The position numbers and the translations under genes are program-made. This document shows, piece by piece, positions 28,002 to 37,824 of a stretch of 60,680 nt of DNA. Positions within the stretch are counted from its first letter, which is position 1. Each line of letters starts with the position of its first letter. The notes below the pieces were generated by a model that was not told the origin of the DNA, searched no databases, and was given only the letters and a program-made list of their open reading frames with translations. The stretch is taken from assembly GCA_965661355.1 (NCBI GenBank), contig CBFIDI010000002.1, positions 1 to 60,680 of the forward strand, read 5' to 3'. Source of the stretch: Rickettsiales bacterium (GTDB lineage: Bacteria > Pseudomonadota > Alphaproteobacteria > Rickettsiales > UBA1997).

Positions 28002-28903
28002 TTATAAAAAAGTTAACAAAAGAGCTAAAAAGGCTTTGCAAAGACATTTTTCCACCAGTATTATTAAAAATTTATAATATTATATTAAAAAATATTATAA
28101 ATAATATCATTTCAAGTCCTGATTTTAAGAAAAAAATCAATAATTGGGGAGTTCAAAACAAACAAATAAAATGCTCAATAATATGCAACGGCCCATCTCT
28201 AAAGAAATCTTTAGTAGAAAATGCTGATTTTATAAAATCTAATGTAAAAATTTCAGTTAATTTCATGCCATTATATGATGATTTTTTCGACCTTAAGCCA
28301 GAGTTTTTAGTTTTGGTTGATCCAATATTTTGGAGCAATGACAATAAGAAAATATTGGAAGATAAAATTAACAAATTAAATCAGAGATTACAAGAAATAG
28401 AATGGAAACTTGATATTATTATGCCTAAAGTATCACAACAAAATAATAGAATTATTAATAAAATTAAAAGTAAAAACAATATCAATATAATATATATAAA
28501 TTCTGAAGAAACAAAAACTGAAAAATATTCAGAAATGATTTACCATTTTATATTAAATAAATCAGTACCAAATTTTCAAAATGTTAATGTTGCAGCCATT
28601 TATTTTGCGCTAAATATTGGCTTTAAGGAAATTTATTTATTTGGCTGTGACCATGATTGGATTAAAAATATAGTAGTAAAAAATGATTCGAAGCTATATT
28701 TAAAAGATATACATTTTTATAAAGATAGCCATGAAGAAAATTATAATAAAATTGATTCAAATCTAGAATATCAGTTCAAGTCAATTTATACATTGCATAA
28801 TTCTTATTCAAAACTCAATAAATATAGTAATTATTTAAACGCAAAAATATATAATGCCGCTGAAGAATCTATGATCGATGAATTTGAGAAAATAAAATTA
28901 TAA
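27998..28903 (+). CDS. Putative nonulosonic-acid transferase (DUF115/motility-accessory-factor-like or GT42 sialyltransferase-like)
   Basis: IICNGPSLKK near residue 60, and NVAAIYFALNIGFKEIYLFGCDH. These resemble the AGNGPSL ... A(I/L)ALGYKEIYLSG(I/C)D pair of Cst-type sialyltransferases and DUF115 proteins. The ATG overlaps the pseG stop (ATGA). Confidence 0.45.
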   Translation: MIIKKLTKELKRLCKDIFPPVLLKIYNIILKNIINNIISSPDFKKKINNWGVQNKQIKCSIICNGPSLKKSLVENADFIKSNVKISVNFMPLYDDFFDLKPEFLVLVDPIFWSNDNKKILEDKINKLNQRLQEIEWKLDIIMPKVSQQNNRIINKIKSKNNINIIYINSEETKTEKYSEMIYHFILNKSVPNFQNVNVAAIYFALNIGFKEIYLFGCDHDWIKNIVVKNDSKLYLKDIHFYKDSHEENYNKIDSNLEYQFKSIYTLHNSYSKLNKYSNYLNAKIYNAAEESMIDEFEKIKL

Positions 28904-29082
28904 GGGCTCTAAATTATCTTTACCAATTTATATTAAAAACTATACCAAGACCATCTTTAGGAGCTAATAAAAGGCTAGAGAATTTCATTACAAAAAATAT
29001 TGTAAAAAATTAGTAACATAATCTGGTGTCATAAAAATTTTGACGATGGCTTTATTGATTAATTTTTAATAGTTAAACAATG

Positions 29083-29793
29083 TTATATATCTTTAGAAAA
29101 TAAATTTTTCATAATTTTATATCTAATTTCCGCCAACTCCCAATCTTCTATATTATCAATGTCTACGACTTTTTTTGGATCAAGCTCGATGTAAGAAAAT
29201 TTATTTTCTTCACCAAATAATGATTTTGATTTAACGAATTCAGATATATTAAGAAAATAAAATTGACCAGAATCGTGAAATCTAACATCTAAATCTTGAG
29301 TTCTTTTAAAAATATTTTCTGGCTTTTCAAATGACAATTGACCCTGCTCTTCAACCATACATCTTTGAACTGGGTGAGAATAGCGCAAAACAGATGCCAA
29401 ATGAGAGAAGTCAGAGCTTATAAATTTTTTATAAGATTTTCGAATTATTTCTGCGTCAATAAAGACAGAGGTTGGGTAAATGCAACAAATATTGTCAAAT
29501 TCTTGACCAATTTGGCAATATTTTTCTATAACTTCCAACAAAACATCTGAGGTCGTCGCAAAATCATCAGAATTTTTTTTTGACCTCAAAAAAGGAACCT
29601 TAGCGCCATATTTAATAGCTATTTCAGCTATCTCTTGATCGTCGGTTGAAACCATAATTTCATCAAAAATATCACTTTCAATCAATGATTTAATAGGATA
29701 AGAAATAATCGGATTCGAGCAAAATTCTTTAATATTTTTGCGTGGAATTCTTTTGCTACCGCCGCGGGCTGTTATTATTGCTAAAGACTTCAT
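29083..29793 (-). CDS. pseF: Pseudaminic acid cytidylyltransferase (CMP-nonulosonate synthetase family)
   Basis: AIITARGGSKRIPRKNIK N-terminal motif, 236 aa, last gene of the pse operon. Confidence 0.8.
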   Translation of the reverse strand: MKSLAIITARGGSKRIPRKNIKEFCSNPIISYPIKSLIESDIFDEIMVSTDDQEIAEIAIKYGAKVPFLRSKKNSDDFATTSDVLLEVIEKYCQIGQEFDNICCIYPTSVFIDAEIIRKSYKKFISSDFSHLASVLRYSHPVQRCMVEEQGQLSFEKPENIFKRTQDLDVRFHDSGQFYFLNISEFVKSKSLFGEENKFSYIELDPKKVVDIDNIEDWELAEIRYKIMKNLFSKDI

Positions 29794-29794
29794 A

Positions 29795-30844
29795 TTATTG
29801 GATATATTCCCATTTCATGGCTGTTCCAATTTTTAAATCGCGATTCGCCTTCATGCCCAAAATAATCGGATAATATTTTATTTGCAAACCATGGCCAGGG
29901 CGAATTGCCCTAAGGTTTGACTCATTAAATATATCACCCTTTTTTATATCTTGCGAAATATATAGGCTTCTTCTAAATTGAATTGAAGATTTTTCTTTTT
30001 CGCTAATTCCATAATAAATACGACCAATTGAATCTTTTGCCACTTTTGCTTCTTGAACTAAAAGCTTCATCTCAGTTGGCTCCATAGAAAACGAAGAATC
30101 TACCCCGCCCTCGGATCGCGAAATAGTAAAATGTTTTTCAATTACGCTTGCGCCATAAGAAACCGCAGCTAAAGCGACGCCAACACCCATTGTGTGATCT
30201 GATAAACCAATTTCACAATCATAAAATAATTCCTTCATATGAGAAATAGTTTTAATATTAGCATCCGCTGGAGAAGCAGGATATTCACTGGTGCATTTTA
30301 GTAAAATAATATTTTCGCAACCATTTTCCTTTAAAATTTGGGTCGCCTCATAAATCTCGGATATATTGGCCATTCCAGTTGAAACAATAACTGGCTTTTT
30401 GGTTCTTGCCACTTTTTTTAAAAGCTCGTGATCAGTATTTTCAAAAGATGCAATTTTATATAACGGAACTTCTAACTTTTCCAGAAAATCAACCGCCGAA
30501 GCATCAAACGGGCTAGAAAAACCAATAATTCCAAGCTCCTCACATTTATCAAAAATGGCCTTATGCCATTTCCACGGCGTGTGAGCTTTATCGTAAAGTT
30601 CATAAAGTGATTCTTTATTCCACAAACTTTCTTTATTCTCGATTACAAATTCACCTTCTTTAATATCAAGAGTCATGGTATCCGCTGTATAAGTTTGAAT
30701 TTTTAGCGCGTCAACGCCGCACTCAGCCGCCGCTTCAACTATTTCAAGAGCTTTTTCCAAACTCTGGTTGTGATTTCCTGACATTTCAGCAATTATAAAA
30801 GGTTTGCCGCTGCCAATTTCTTTATTTTTGATTTTAATCATCAA
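29795..30844 (-). CDS. pseI: Pseudaminic acid synthase (NeuB family)
   Basis: FIIAEMSGNHNQSLEKALEIVEAAAECGVDALKIQTYTADTMT, DHTMG and a C-terminal SAF/antifreeze-like domain. Length is 349 aa. Confidence 0.9.
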   Translation of the reverse strand: MMIKIKNKEIGSGKPFIIAEMSGNHNQSLEKALEIVEAAAECGVDALKIQTYTADTMTLDIKEGEFVIENKESLWNKESLYELYDKAHTPWKWHKAIFDKCEELGIIGFSSPFDASAVDFLEKLEVPLYKIASFENTDHELLKKVARTKKPVIVSTGMANISEIYEATQILKENGCENIILLKCTSEYPASPADANIKTISHMKELFYDCEIGLSDHTMGVGVALAAVSYGASVIEKHFTISRSEGGVDSSFSMEPTEMKLLVQEAKVAKDSIGRIYYGISEKEKSSIQFRRSLYISQDIKKGDIFNESNLRAIRPGHGLQIKYYPIILGMKANRDLKIGTAMKWEYIQ

Positions 30845-31481
30845 TTTTTTCTATTTCTAGTTTATATTTGTGACCTAGAATCTCAAACCAAGCAGGATAA
30901 TTTTTATTATCAACCGTTCTTAGTAAATTAAACTGATCTTTAATAGATTTTTCAATATCTAGTTCACTATCTTTCGTCCCGCGCTTTTTATAATAAGTAG
31001 CCTCACCTATTTGTTTTTTTGAGTTATTCAAAATTTTCTCATAATTTTCAATAAAATTTCTAAATAATTTAAAGCTTGATTCCACTATCTTACCCCTCAT
31101 TTCATCAATTAATTCATGACCTAAAAACTTTATCTCATCTTGAATATAAATATCACCAGAATCAACTTTATCTTCGGCTTCAATTAAGCTAACAGTTATT
31201 TCATTTTTATCTTCTAGAATTTGCCAGGTTAAAGGAGACCAACCCCTTCCTTTTGGTAATTCACTAGCGTGAACCACTAAATTATTTCTATGTTTCTTTA
31301 AAAATTCAGGTTTAACAATATTAAAATAACTCAAGAAGAAAGCAATATCTCCTTGAGAGCCTTGGCTATTTTCATCATTATAGACATTAAATTCATGATT
31401 ATTATTTTCAAGATATGTAGTAAAATCTTCAAGATAATTCATCATCCATGATTTTTTATCGGTAAAAATTGAGATTTTCAT
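30834..31481 (-). CDS. Formyltransferase-domain protein (Fmt/PurN fold) embedded in the pse operon
   Basis: NLVVHASELPKGRGWSPLTWQILED...EAEDKVDSGDIY matches the formyltransferase catalytic Asn/His/Asp region. The 215-aa ORF overlaps pseC (4 nt) and pseI (11 nt). Confidence 0.7.
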   Translation of the reverse strand: MKISIFTDKKSWMMNYLEDFTTYLENNNHEFNVYNDENSQGSQGDIAFFLSYFNIVKPEFLKKHRNNLVVHASELPKGRGWSPLTWQILEDKNEITVSLIEAEDKVDSGDIYIQDEIKFLGHELIDEMRGKIVESSFKLFRNFIENYEKILNNSKKQIGEATYYKKRGTKDSELDIEKSIKDQFNLLRTVDNKNYPAWFEILGHKYKLEIEKIDD

Positions 31482-32632
31482 TTGACATTTTCTTTAATAA
31501 TTTTAACGATTTTCTTCATCTGACTCTTCTTCAAATCATAATACAAAGGCAAAGAAATAGATTTTTCATAATATTCTTCCGAAACTTTAAAATCACCCTC
31601 TTTAAATCCTAAATTTTTATAAAATGGCTGAGTGTGAATCGGAATATAGTGAATTTGAAGACATAAACCCAAATCTTTTAGTTTTTCAAAAATTTCTAGT
31701 CTTGTCATTTTAACTTTGTCAAAATTAATTAATAAAGGACAAAGATGAAAAAAGCTATTGCAATCTTGACATTCATCTAATAAGTCAAAACGCCCATCTG
31801 AAGATAGCTCTTCTTTATAAAATTGAACAATTTCTCGTCTTTTTTTCTTAAATTTTTCAATTCTTTTAAGCTGAGAAACACCTAGCGCGGCCTGAATATC
31901 GGTCATTCTATAATTAAATCCAAGCTCGGTCATTTCATAATACCAGGGCCCGTCATTTTTTGACAAAACGTCTTCATCCTTTGTCATTCCGTGGCTTCGA
32001 AGAGAAATTAATCTTTTATATATTTTTTCATCATTTGTTAAAACCATTCCACCTTCACCGGTCGTAATATTTTTAACCGGATGAAAAGAAAAAACCGCAA
32101 TATCGCTAAATTCACAACATCCGACCTTATTTCCTAAATAATCAGAACCAATCGCATGCGCCGCATCTTCAACAATGAATGAATTATTTTTATCAGCAAT
32201 TTCTTTAATTTTTTTCATATTACAAGATTGTCCCGCAAAATGAACTGGAATTATGACTTTGGTTTTTTTTGATATTTTCTTTTCAAGTTCGCTAATCGAT
32301 ATTAAAGCATCTTTCGCTCTAATATCAACAAAATCAATATCAGCGCCAACAAATTTCGCACAATTTGCCGAAGATAGAAAGCTATTTGGTGAAGTCAAAA
32401 CTTCATCGCCCTTTTTTATATCAAGCGCCAACATTGCCAAATGAAGACCAGCAGTTGCGTTAGAAACCGCAACCGCATATTTAACACCAACATAATTCGC
32501 CACTTTTCTTTCAAACTCGACCACTTTAGGACCTTGAGTCAAAAAATTTGAACGCAAAACTTTAACTACCTCAAAAATATCTCCGAAATTAATATTTTGC
32601 TTGCTATAGCTGATATTCTTTTTAAATTTCAC
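31478..32632 (-). CDS. pseC: UDP-4-amino-4,6-dideoxy-N-acetyl-beta-L-altrosamine transaminase (DegT/DnrJ/EryC1 family)
   Basis: ISYSKQNINFGDI...LTQGPKVVEFERKVANYVGVKYAVAVSNATAGLHLA and the PLP-lysine context SFHPVKNITTGEGG. Length is 384 aa. Confidence 0.9.
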   Translation of the reverse strand: MKFKKNISYSKQNINFGDIFEVVKVLRSNFLTQGPKVVEFERKVANYVGVKYAVAVSNATAGLHLAMLALDIKKGDEVLTSPNSFLSSANCAKFVGADIDFVDIRAKDALISISELEKKISKKTKVIIPVHFAGQSCNMKKIKEIADKNNSFIVEDAAHAIGSDYLGNKVGCCEFSDIAVFSFHPVKNITTGEGGMVLTNDEKIYKRLISLRSHGMTKDEDVLSKNDGPWYYEMTELGFNYRMTDIQAALGVSQLKRIEKFKKKRREIVQFYKEELSSDGRFDLLDECQDCNSFFHLCPLLINFDKVKMTRLEIFEKLKDLGLCLQIHYIPIHTQPFYKNLGFKEGDFKVSEEYYEKSISLPLYYDLKKSQMKKIVKIIKENVK

Positions 32633-33608
32633 TGATCAAATCTTTCATTTGCTCAATGGAAAGCCACTGAGAATTATTCCCGCTATGATATTCAAAATCA
32701 GTCTCAACCCTTTTTGCATTTTTAAAATTATTATTTTTAACCTCGAACATTTCAGGTAAAATCACATAATAATTATCAAGTTCAATCGTATTTCTAGCGT
32801 CTTCTCTTGAAATCATCATTTCGTGAATTTTTTCACCAGGTCTAATTCCAACATGTTTAGTTTTGATTTTAGGGGCAATAGCACCGACCAAATCAGTTAT
32901 TTTCATTGAGGGAATTTTACGAACAAACAATTCGCCGCCACCCATTAAATCAACCGCTTCAATAACCATTTCGACAGCCTCTTCGAGCTTAAGCCAAAAT
33001 CTAGTCATTCTTTCGTCGGTTATAGGCAGTTCGTCAGCGCCAGAGTCAACTAAATTTTTAAAAAATGGAATTACAGAACCGCGACTCCCTGCGACATTTC
33101 CATATCTGACAACACTGAACTTAGTATTACAATGCCCAGTGTAAATATTTCCGGCGATAAACATTTTATCAGAACATAGTTTTGTCGCCCCATAAAGATT
33201 AATCGGCGAACAAGCCTTGTCAGTCGAAAGAGCGACCACCCTTTTTACGCCTTTGTCAATTGCAGCATCAATAACATTTTGAGCGCCAATTACATTAGTC
33301 TTAATCGCTTCAAATGGATTATATTCACAAGCCGGAACTTGTTTTAAAGCCGCCGCATGAACCACAACATCAACACCATCAAAAGCCCTCATTAATCGCT
33401 CTTTATCACGAACATCGCCAATAAAATATCTCAATTTATGACTATATTTTTGAAATTGAGGCAAATTTGACATTTCGAATTGCTTAAACTCATCTCGCGA
33501 AAAAACAACAATTCTCTCAACATTTGGGTAATTTTTTAAGATTTTTTCGATAAATTTTTTACCAAAAGATCCAGTTCCTCCCGTCACAAGCAGGGATTTA
33601 TGTTTCAT
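32622..33608 (-). CDS. pseB: UDP-N-acetylglucosamine 4,6-dehydratase (inverting)
   Basis: LLVTGGTGSFGKKF Rossmann motif, VFSRDEFKQFEM, the YGATK catalytic triad region and 328 aa. It is the first gene of the operon. Confidence 0.9.
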   Translation of the reverse strand: MKHKSLLVTGGTGSFGKKFIEKILKNYPNVERIVVFSRDEFKQFEMSNLPQFQKYSHKLRYFIGDVRDKERLMRAFDGVDVVVHAAALKQVPACEYNPFEAIKTNVIGAQNVIDAAIDKGVKRVVALSTDKACSPINLYGATKLCSDKMFIAGNIYTGHCNTKFSVVRYGNVAGSRGSVIPFFKNLVDSGADELPITDERMTRFWLKLEEAVEMVIEAVDLMGGGELFVRKIPSMKITDLVGAIAPKIKTKHVGIRPGEKIHEMMISREDARNTIELDNYYVILPEMFEVKNNNFKNAKRVETDFEYHSGNNSQWLSIEQMKDLISEI

Positions 33609-34961
33609 TTTCTATATTGATTATTTTTGTTAATATTTATCACCGATTGTATCACAATAAAGTACTAAATCAAGAGCAATAGGCAATATTTTAGAAAAAT
33701 CACGCAGCCACAACAACCAACTATACCCCCGCTATCCTACTTGCCATCTTGAAAAATGCATAAAAATACGATATTTTCAGTAAGAAATATATATCTAGAT
33801 TTTTATGATATTTTTTTGTTAATTAGATTTAAAAAAGTAGAATTTGGCATCGCATAATAAATCTTGAATTAAAAAATCTTTTACACTTTAATCTATTGTA
33901 ATTGACATTGCTTCGTAAAAGACATTGAATAATTAATTGTAATTTACAGAAATATTTTTGGATTTTAAAACCCTAACTGACAAAAAAAATAAAATGTGAT
34001 ATTTAATCAAGAAAAATTATGAACTTAATAGATTAAATAATGTTAAACTTACCTCATTTTTCAAAGATATAAGTTAAAATTTATACAAAATACTTTTTTA
34101 AGTTGTTAATGATTTATTATTTTGCCAATAATTTATAATTATTTTATTATTAACCACAACCAATATATTATTTCCCTGGTGCGGTCAAAGACCCAGTAAA
34201 GCCTTCGTAAAAACAAGGAATTTTATCGCTGTTAGTTAACCCAAATGTTAAAGTTAATATTATTTTGGGCATAAAAATAATTGAAAACTATTATTAATTG
34301 AAAATCATCATGAATTGCACTATAACGATTCACCATTAAAAACAATTAAAATACTTCAAAAGCTAATTGAAATATCTCCATGACCTCATTAAAGTTTTTA
34401 GATGCAATATTAAAATAAAATTTATATTCGCGATTTTACCATCAACCCTAAATCCACAGTCTTTTCAATTTAGTTTGTAAAATTAATTTTTTGAAATTAT
34501 ACGCATTTCGATGATTTTATCCGTTTAAATATTAAAATTGCATAACATGATATAATTAAGCGCGACAAGTGAAGTTTCTAACAGTTTTTACAAAAAACAA
34601 CTATAATTTATTTGTCAAAGATCCAAAAACATATTTTTTCATAATTTCCAATAAGCCTATTGTCCTTTTAATTATTTTGACCTAAAGATATAATCATGGA
34701 TTTATTAGAAGCTTGCGTTATAATTTTATCATAAGTTTTAAACCTTAAACCACTAATTCTTGCAGCTTTAACAGATATATAATATCATTTTCTATCTTCA
34801 TAGCAGAAATCATCATGAAAATCTAGGCGCAAATTATGATAGGATTTCGATTTTTTAATAATTTAACGACATTGTTTCGGAAAAAATAACTAATTATTAA
34901 TGGGTAGATAATTAGTTAGGAATTATAAAAAGAAAGATACATAAATCTTGAGTCGTAAATT

Positions 34962-35516
34962 TTATTTACGAAGCTCTTTTTCAATTGCATTTCTCATGGC
35001 GCTAGAAATAGGAGAGGTCGAAGATGAAAACCAAGTAACAAAATAACCATTTTTATCAATTAAATATTTATGAAAGTTCCATTTTGGAGAACCTAAAAAT
35101 CCAGATTTTTGGTTGGCCCACAAATAAAAAGGATGCGCATTTTCTCCTTTAACTTTATTTATAGAAGTAAGGTTAAAGGTAATGTGAAATTTTTCTTCTA
35201 CAAATTTTTTCGTTTTAGATTCTTGGTTAAATTCCTGATTTCCAAAGTCTCGTGACGGAACCGCTATTATTTCCAGCCCTTTATCATGATATTTTTCATG
35301 CAAATCTTGCAATTCTTTATATTGACCAGTTAACCCACAGCTTGAAGCCGTATTAACAACAAGCAAAACCTTATTTTTATATTCAGAAAGATTCATTACA
35401 TTACCATCAATATCTTCAAACCAAAATTGATGAGCATTGATGGATGAAGATGTTTGAGAGTAGCAATTAAAACAGACAAGTAAAACAGAAAAAATTATTA
35501 AAAAAAAGTTTTTCAT
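34962..35516 (-). CDS. Glutathione peroxidase family protein (Cys type) with a signal peptide
   Basis: VVNTASSCGLTGQYKELQ (active-site Cys), FGNQEF and WNFHKYLID motifs. The N-terminus is hydrophobic (MKNFFLIIFSVLLVCFNCYS). Confidence 0.85.
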   Translation of the reverse strand: MKNFFLIIFSVLLVCFNCYSQTSSSINAHQFWFEDIDGNVMNLSEYKNKVLLVVNTASSCGLTGQYKELQDLHEKYHDKGLEIIAVPSRDFGNQEFNQESKTKKFVEEKFHITFNLTSINKVKGENAHPFYLWANQKSGFLGSPKWNFHKYLIDKNGYFVTWFSSSTSPISSAMRNAIEKELRK

Positions 35517-35744
35517 ATTATGTTAAAAGAGTTTAATTTAAATTAAGACTAATATTAAATTCTACCCTTAAATAATGTTTTTTCAATTATAATTTTTAAA
35601 TTAACATTTAAAGGGTTTTCGTCAACATAAAGAGCAAATTAATGTATTAATGATATAAATTTGCTAAATTTTGCAAACAATACTTGATAGTAGGATTTTA
35701 ATAAAAATTTAACTATAAATATTTTCTTGCTATGATAAAAATAC

Positions 35745-35787
35745 AAAAAAGCCACCCTTTTTATACAAAAAATGGGTGGCTTTTTTA
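35745..35787. terminator. Bidirectional rho-independent terminator
   Basis: AAAAAA-GCCACCC (35751-35757) ... GGGTGGC (35774-35780)-TTTTTT. It lies 25 nt downstream of the rplY stop, with A- and T-tracts on both sides. Confidence 0.7.
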
Positions 35788-35811
35788 AATTATTAATATA
35801 CTAGTTAAAAA

Positions 35812-36438
35812 CTAATCTTCTTTCTTTTCGCTTGCAGCTTCAGAGACTTCTCCTGTTTTAGCCTCGTCATCTTCAGACTTGCCACGACCAGTAATGCTTG
35901 CAACTAAAAACTTGTTTTTTGCTGAAAGCTTGTTATTTCCTGCAAGATTAAGCTCGTCACTCCATAATTTGTCACCGACCCTCATCTGCGAAATATTAAC
36001 CTCAACTTCTTCTGAAATATCATTTTCACTGGCGCAAATAACTTCAACTTTTCTAAGTCTGATATTCAAAAAACCACCTCTTTTAATTCCAGGAGATTTA
36101 TCACGACCGATAAATTTTAACTTTGGCCAAGATTTAATATCTCTGTTTATTTCAATATTTCTTAAATCAATGTGAATTACATCGTCCGAAACTGGGTCAA
36201 GCTCTAATTTACTAGCAATTGTTTTATATTTCTTATCACCAACTTCAATTTCCGCAATGCGTGACTGAATATTTCCTTTTTTAAGCTCTATATCGAATTC
36301 TCTCTTATCAAGAGAAATGTTAATATTGCCCGCTCCAGTTTGAATAACCGCAGGAATTTTACCAGATTTTTTAATTCTATTTGCCTCTAAAGATCCTAAT
36401 TTTTCTCTTTTTTCAGCTTTTATCACAAAGTTTGACAT
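35812..36438 (-). CDS. rplY: 50S ribosomal protein L25 (Ctc form)
   Basis: KAEKREKLGSLEANRIKKSGKIPAVI N-terminus, a two-domain length of 208 aa and an acidic C-terminal tail. Confidence 0.85.
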   Translation of the reverse strand: MSNFVIKAEKREKLGSLEANRIKKSGKIPAVIQTGAGNINISLDKREFDIELKKGNIQSRIAEIEVGDKKYKTIASKLELDPVSDDVIHIDLRNIEINRDIKSWPKLKFIGRDKSPGIKRGGFLNIRLRKVEVICASENDISEEVEVNISQMRVGDKLWSDELNLAGNNKLSAKNKFLVASITGRGKSEDDEAKTGEVSEAASEKKED

Positions 36439-36595
36439 TATTTTAATTATTTATTCTATTTAATCTTTTCTCCAAAAGAAGGTTCATTATATTTATCTTG
36501 TCTCTTAAAATCAAGCGTTTTTTAATTTAGAGCTTGCTTAATTTTAATTAACTAAAAAATTTAAAACCATTGTGAAGTTCTTTAACAATGGCAAC

Positions 36596-37060
36596 TTATA
36601 GCTTTTTTGCCTCTTCCAAAACCTCTTCAGCATGGCCTTTAACCTTAACCGATAACCAAATTTTAGCAATTTTACCAATTTTATCAATCAAAAAGGTACT
36701 TCTTTCAATGCCCATATATTTTTTACCAAACATCGATTTTTCTTTGATAACTTGATAATTTTTACACATCTTTTGATCTTCGTCAGAAAGTAGACTAAAA
36801 TTCAGACTTTGCTTTTTAATAAAATTGCAATGGCTTTTGACCGAGTCTTTCGAAACACCTAAAATTACAGTGTCAACTTTGTCAAAATCGTCTTTATATC
36901 TTGCAAAATCTTGCGCTTCTATGGTGCAACCAGGAGTATTGTCTTTTGGATAAAAATATATTACCAAATTTTTACCTTTAAAATCAGACAAGCTAATGTC
37001 TTTACCAGAATCACTTTTTACTTCAAAATCTGGTGCATTTGTTCCAATTTCCAAAGTCAT
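36596..37060 (-). CDS. bcp: Thiol peroxidase Bcp/PrxQ (peroxiredoxin)
   Basis: YFYPKDNTPGCTIEAQDF active-site motif, 154 aa. Confidence 0.85.
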   Translation of the reverse strand: MTLEIGTNAPDFEVKSDSGKDISLSDFKGKNLVIYFYPKDNTPGCTIEAQDFARYKDDFDKVDTVILGVSKDSVKSHCNFIKKQSLNFSLLSDEDQKMCKNYQVIKEKSMFGKKYMGIERSTFLIDKIGKIAKIWLSVKVKGHAEEVLEEAKKL

Positions 37061-37184
37061 GAAATCTTTATTTTAAGTTAATAATACATCTCGACATTAT
37101 CTCTAAACAATCATTATGAATAGATATCAAAAGTAGTAAAAATTACAATAAGAAAGTTTAAATAAAACCTACTTCAAGTTATTT

Positions 37185-37751
37185 TTACTTGGCTTTTTTT
37201 GTTTTTTCTTGAGCTAAAAGCGCTGTTGCTTTTGCTTTTGCAAGAACTTCGTTAAATTGAGATTGACTACAAAGGCCAAGCAAAACAATGTCTCTTGGCT
37301 TAATTTCTTTCATATTCCAATGTGTCTTTGACCTAATAGACTCAATCATAGAATCAGTTGTACCGACTAGTTTCTTGATGTTTGCATTGGTAAGTTCTGG
37401 GTGATATTTTATTAAAAAGGCAATTGCATCAGGCTTATCTTGACGCCTGGCAATTGGTGTATATTTGCTCTTTTTACCACTGAATTTAATATTATTTGCG
37501 ATGCTGTCTTTAAGGGCTAAGTCTTTTTCTGGATTTTGTTCACAAGATTCAATCCCCTCTTTACTGAGCTGACCAGAAAAAATAGGGTTTTGACCAATAA
37601 TTCCTTGCGCTACATCGCCATCGGCAATGCCCTGAACCTCAAGCTCATGAAGACCGCAAAATTGAGCAATTTGTTTAAATGTTAAAGCCGTGTTATCAAC
37701 CAACCAAACCGCAGTGGCTTTTGGCATTAAAGGTAATTTTTTTTCAGACAT
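37185..37751 (-). CDS. DUF1013-family protein (alphaproteobacteria-conserved)
   Basis: LMPKATAVWLVDNTALTFKQIAQFCGLHELEVQGIADGDVA is the DUF1013 N-terminal signature. I start it at the internal ATG (37751, MSEKKLPL) rather than the ORF-track ATG at 37826, which would overlap birA. Confidence 0.75.
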   Translation of the reverse strand: MSEKKLPLMPKATAVWLVDNTALTFKQIAQFCGLHELEVQGIADGDVAQGIIGQNPIFSGQLSKEGIESCEQNPEKDLALKDSIANNIKFSGKKSKYTPIARRQDKPDAIAFLIKYHPELTNANIKKLVGTTDSMIESIRSKTHWNMKEIKPRDIVLLGLCSQSQFNEVLAKAKATALLAQEKTKKAK

Positions 37752-37824
37752 TATTTTATAGATTTTTCTAATTTTATCAAATATAATGCGATAATTATAG
37801 CTAAACTTCTTTATAAAATCAAGC

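Noticed and set aside
34168-34272. An isolated 34-codon ORF (MPKIILTLTFGLTNSDKIPCFYEGFTGSLTAPGK) in the long ORF-free tract, considered as a small peptide or RiPP precursor.
   Set aside because: There is no adjacent modifying enzyme or transporter gene, no clear ribosome-binding site and no recognisable leader/core organisation. It is kept only as a note within the finding on the spacer.
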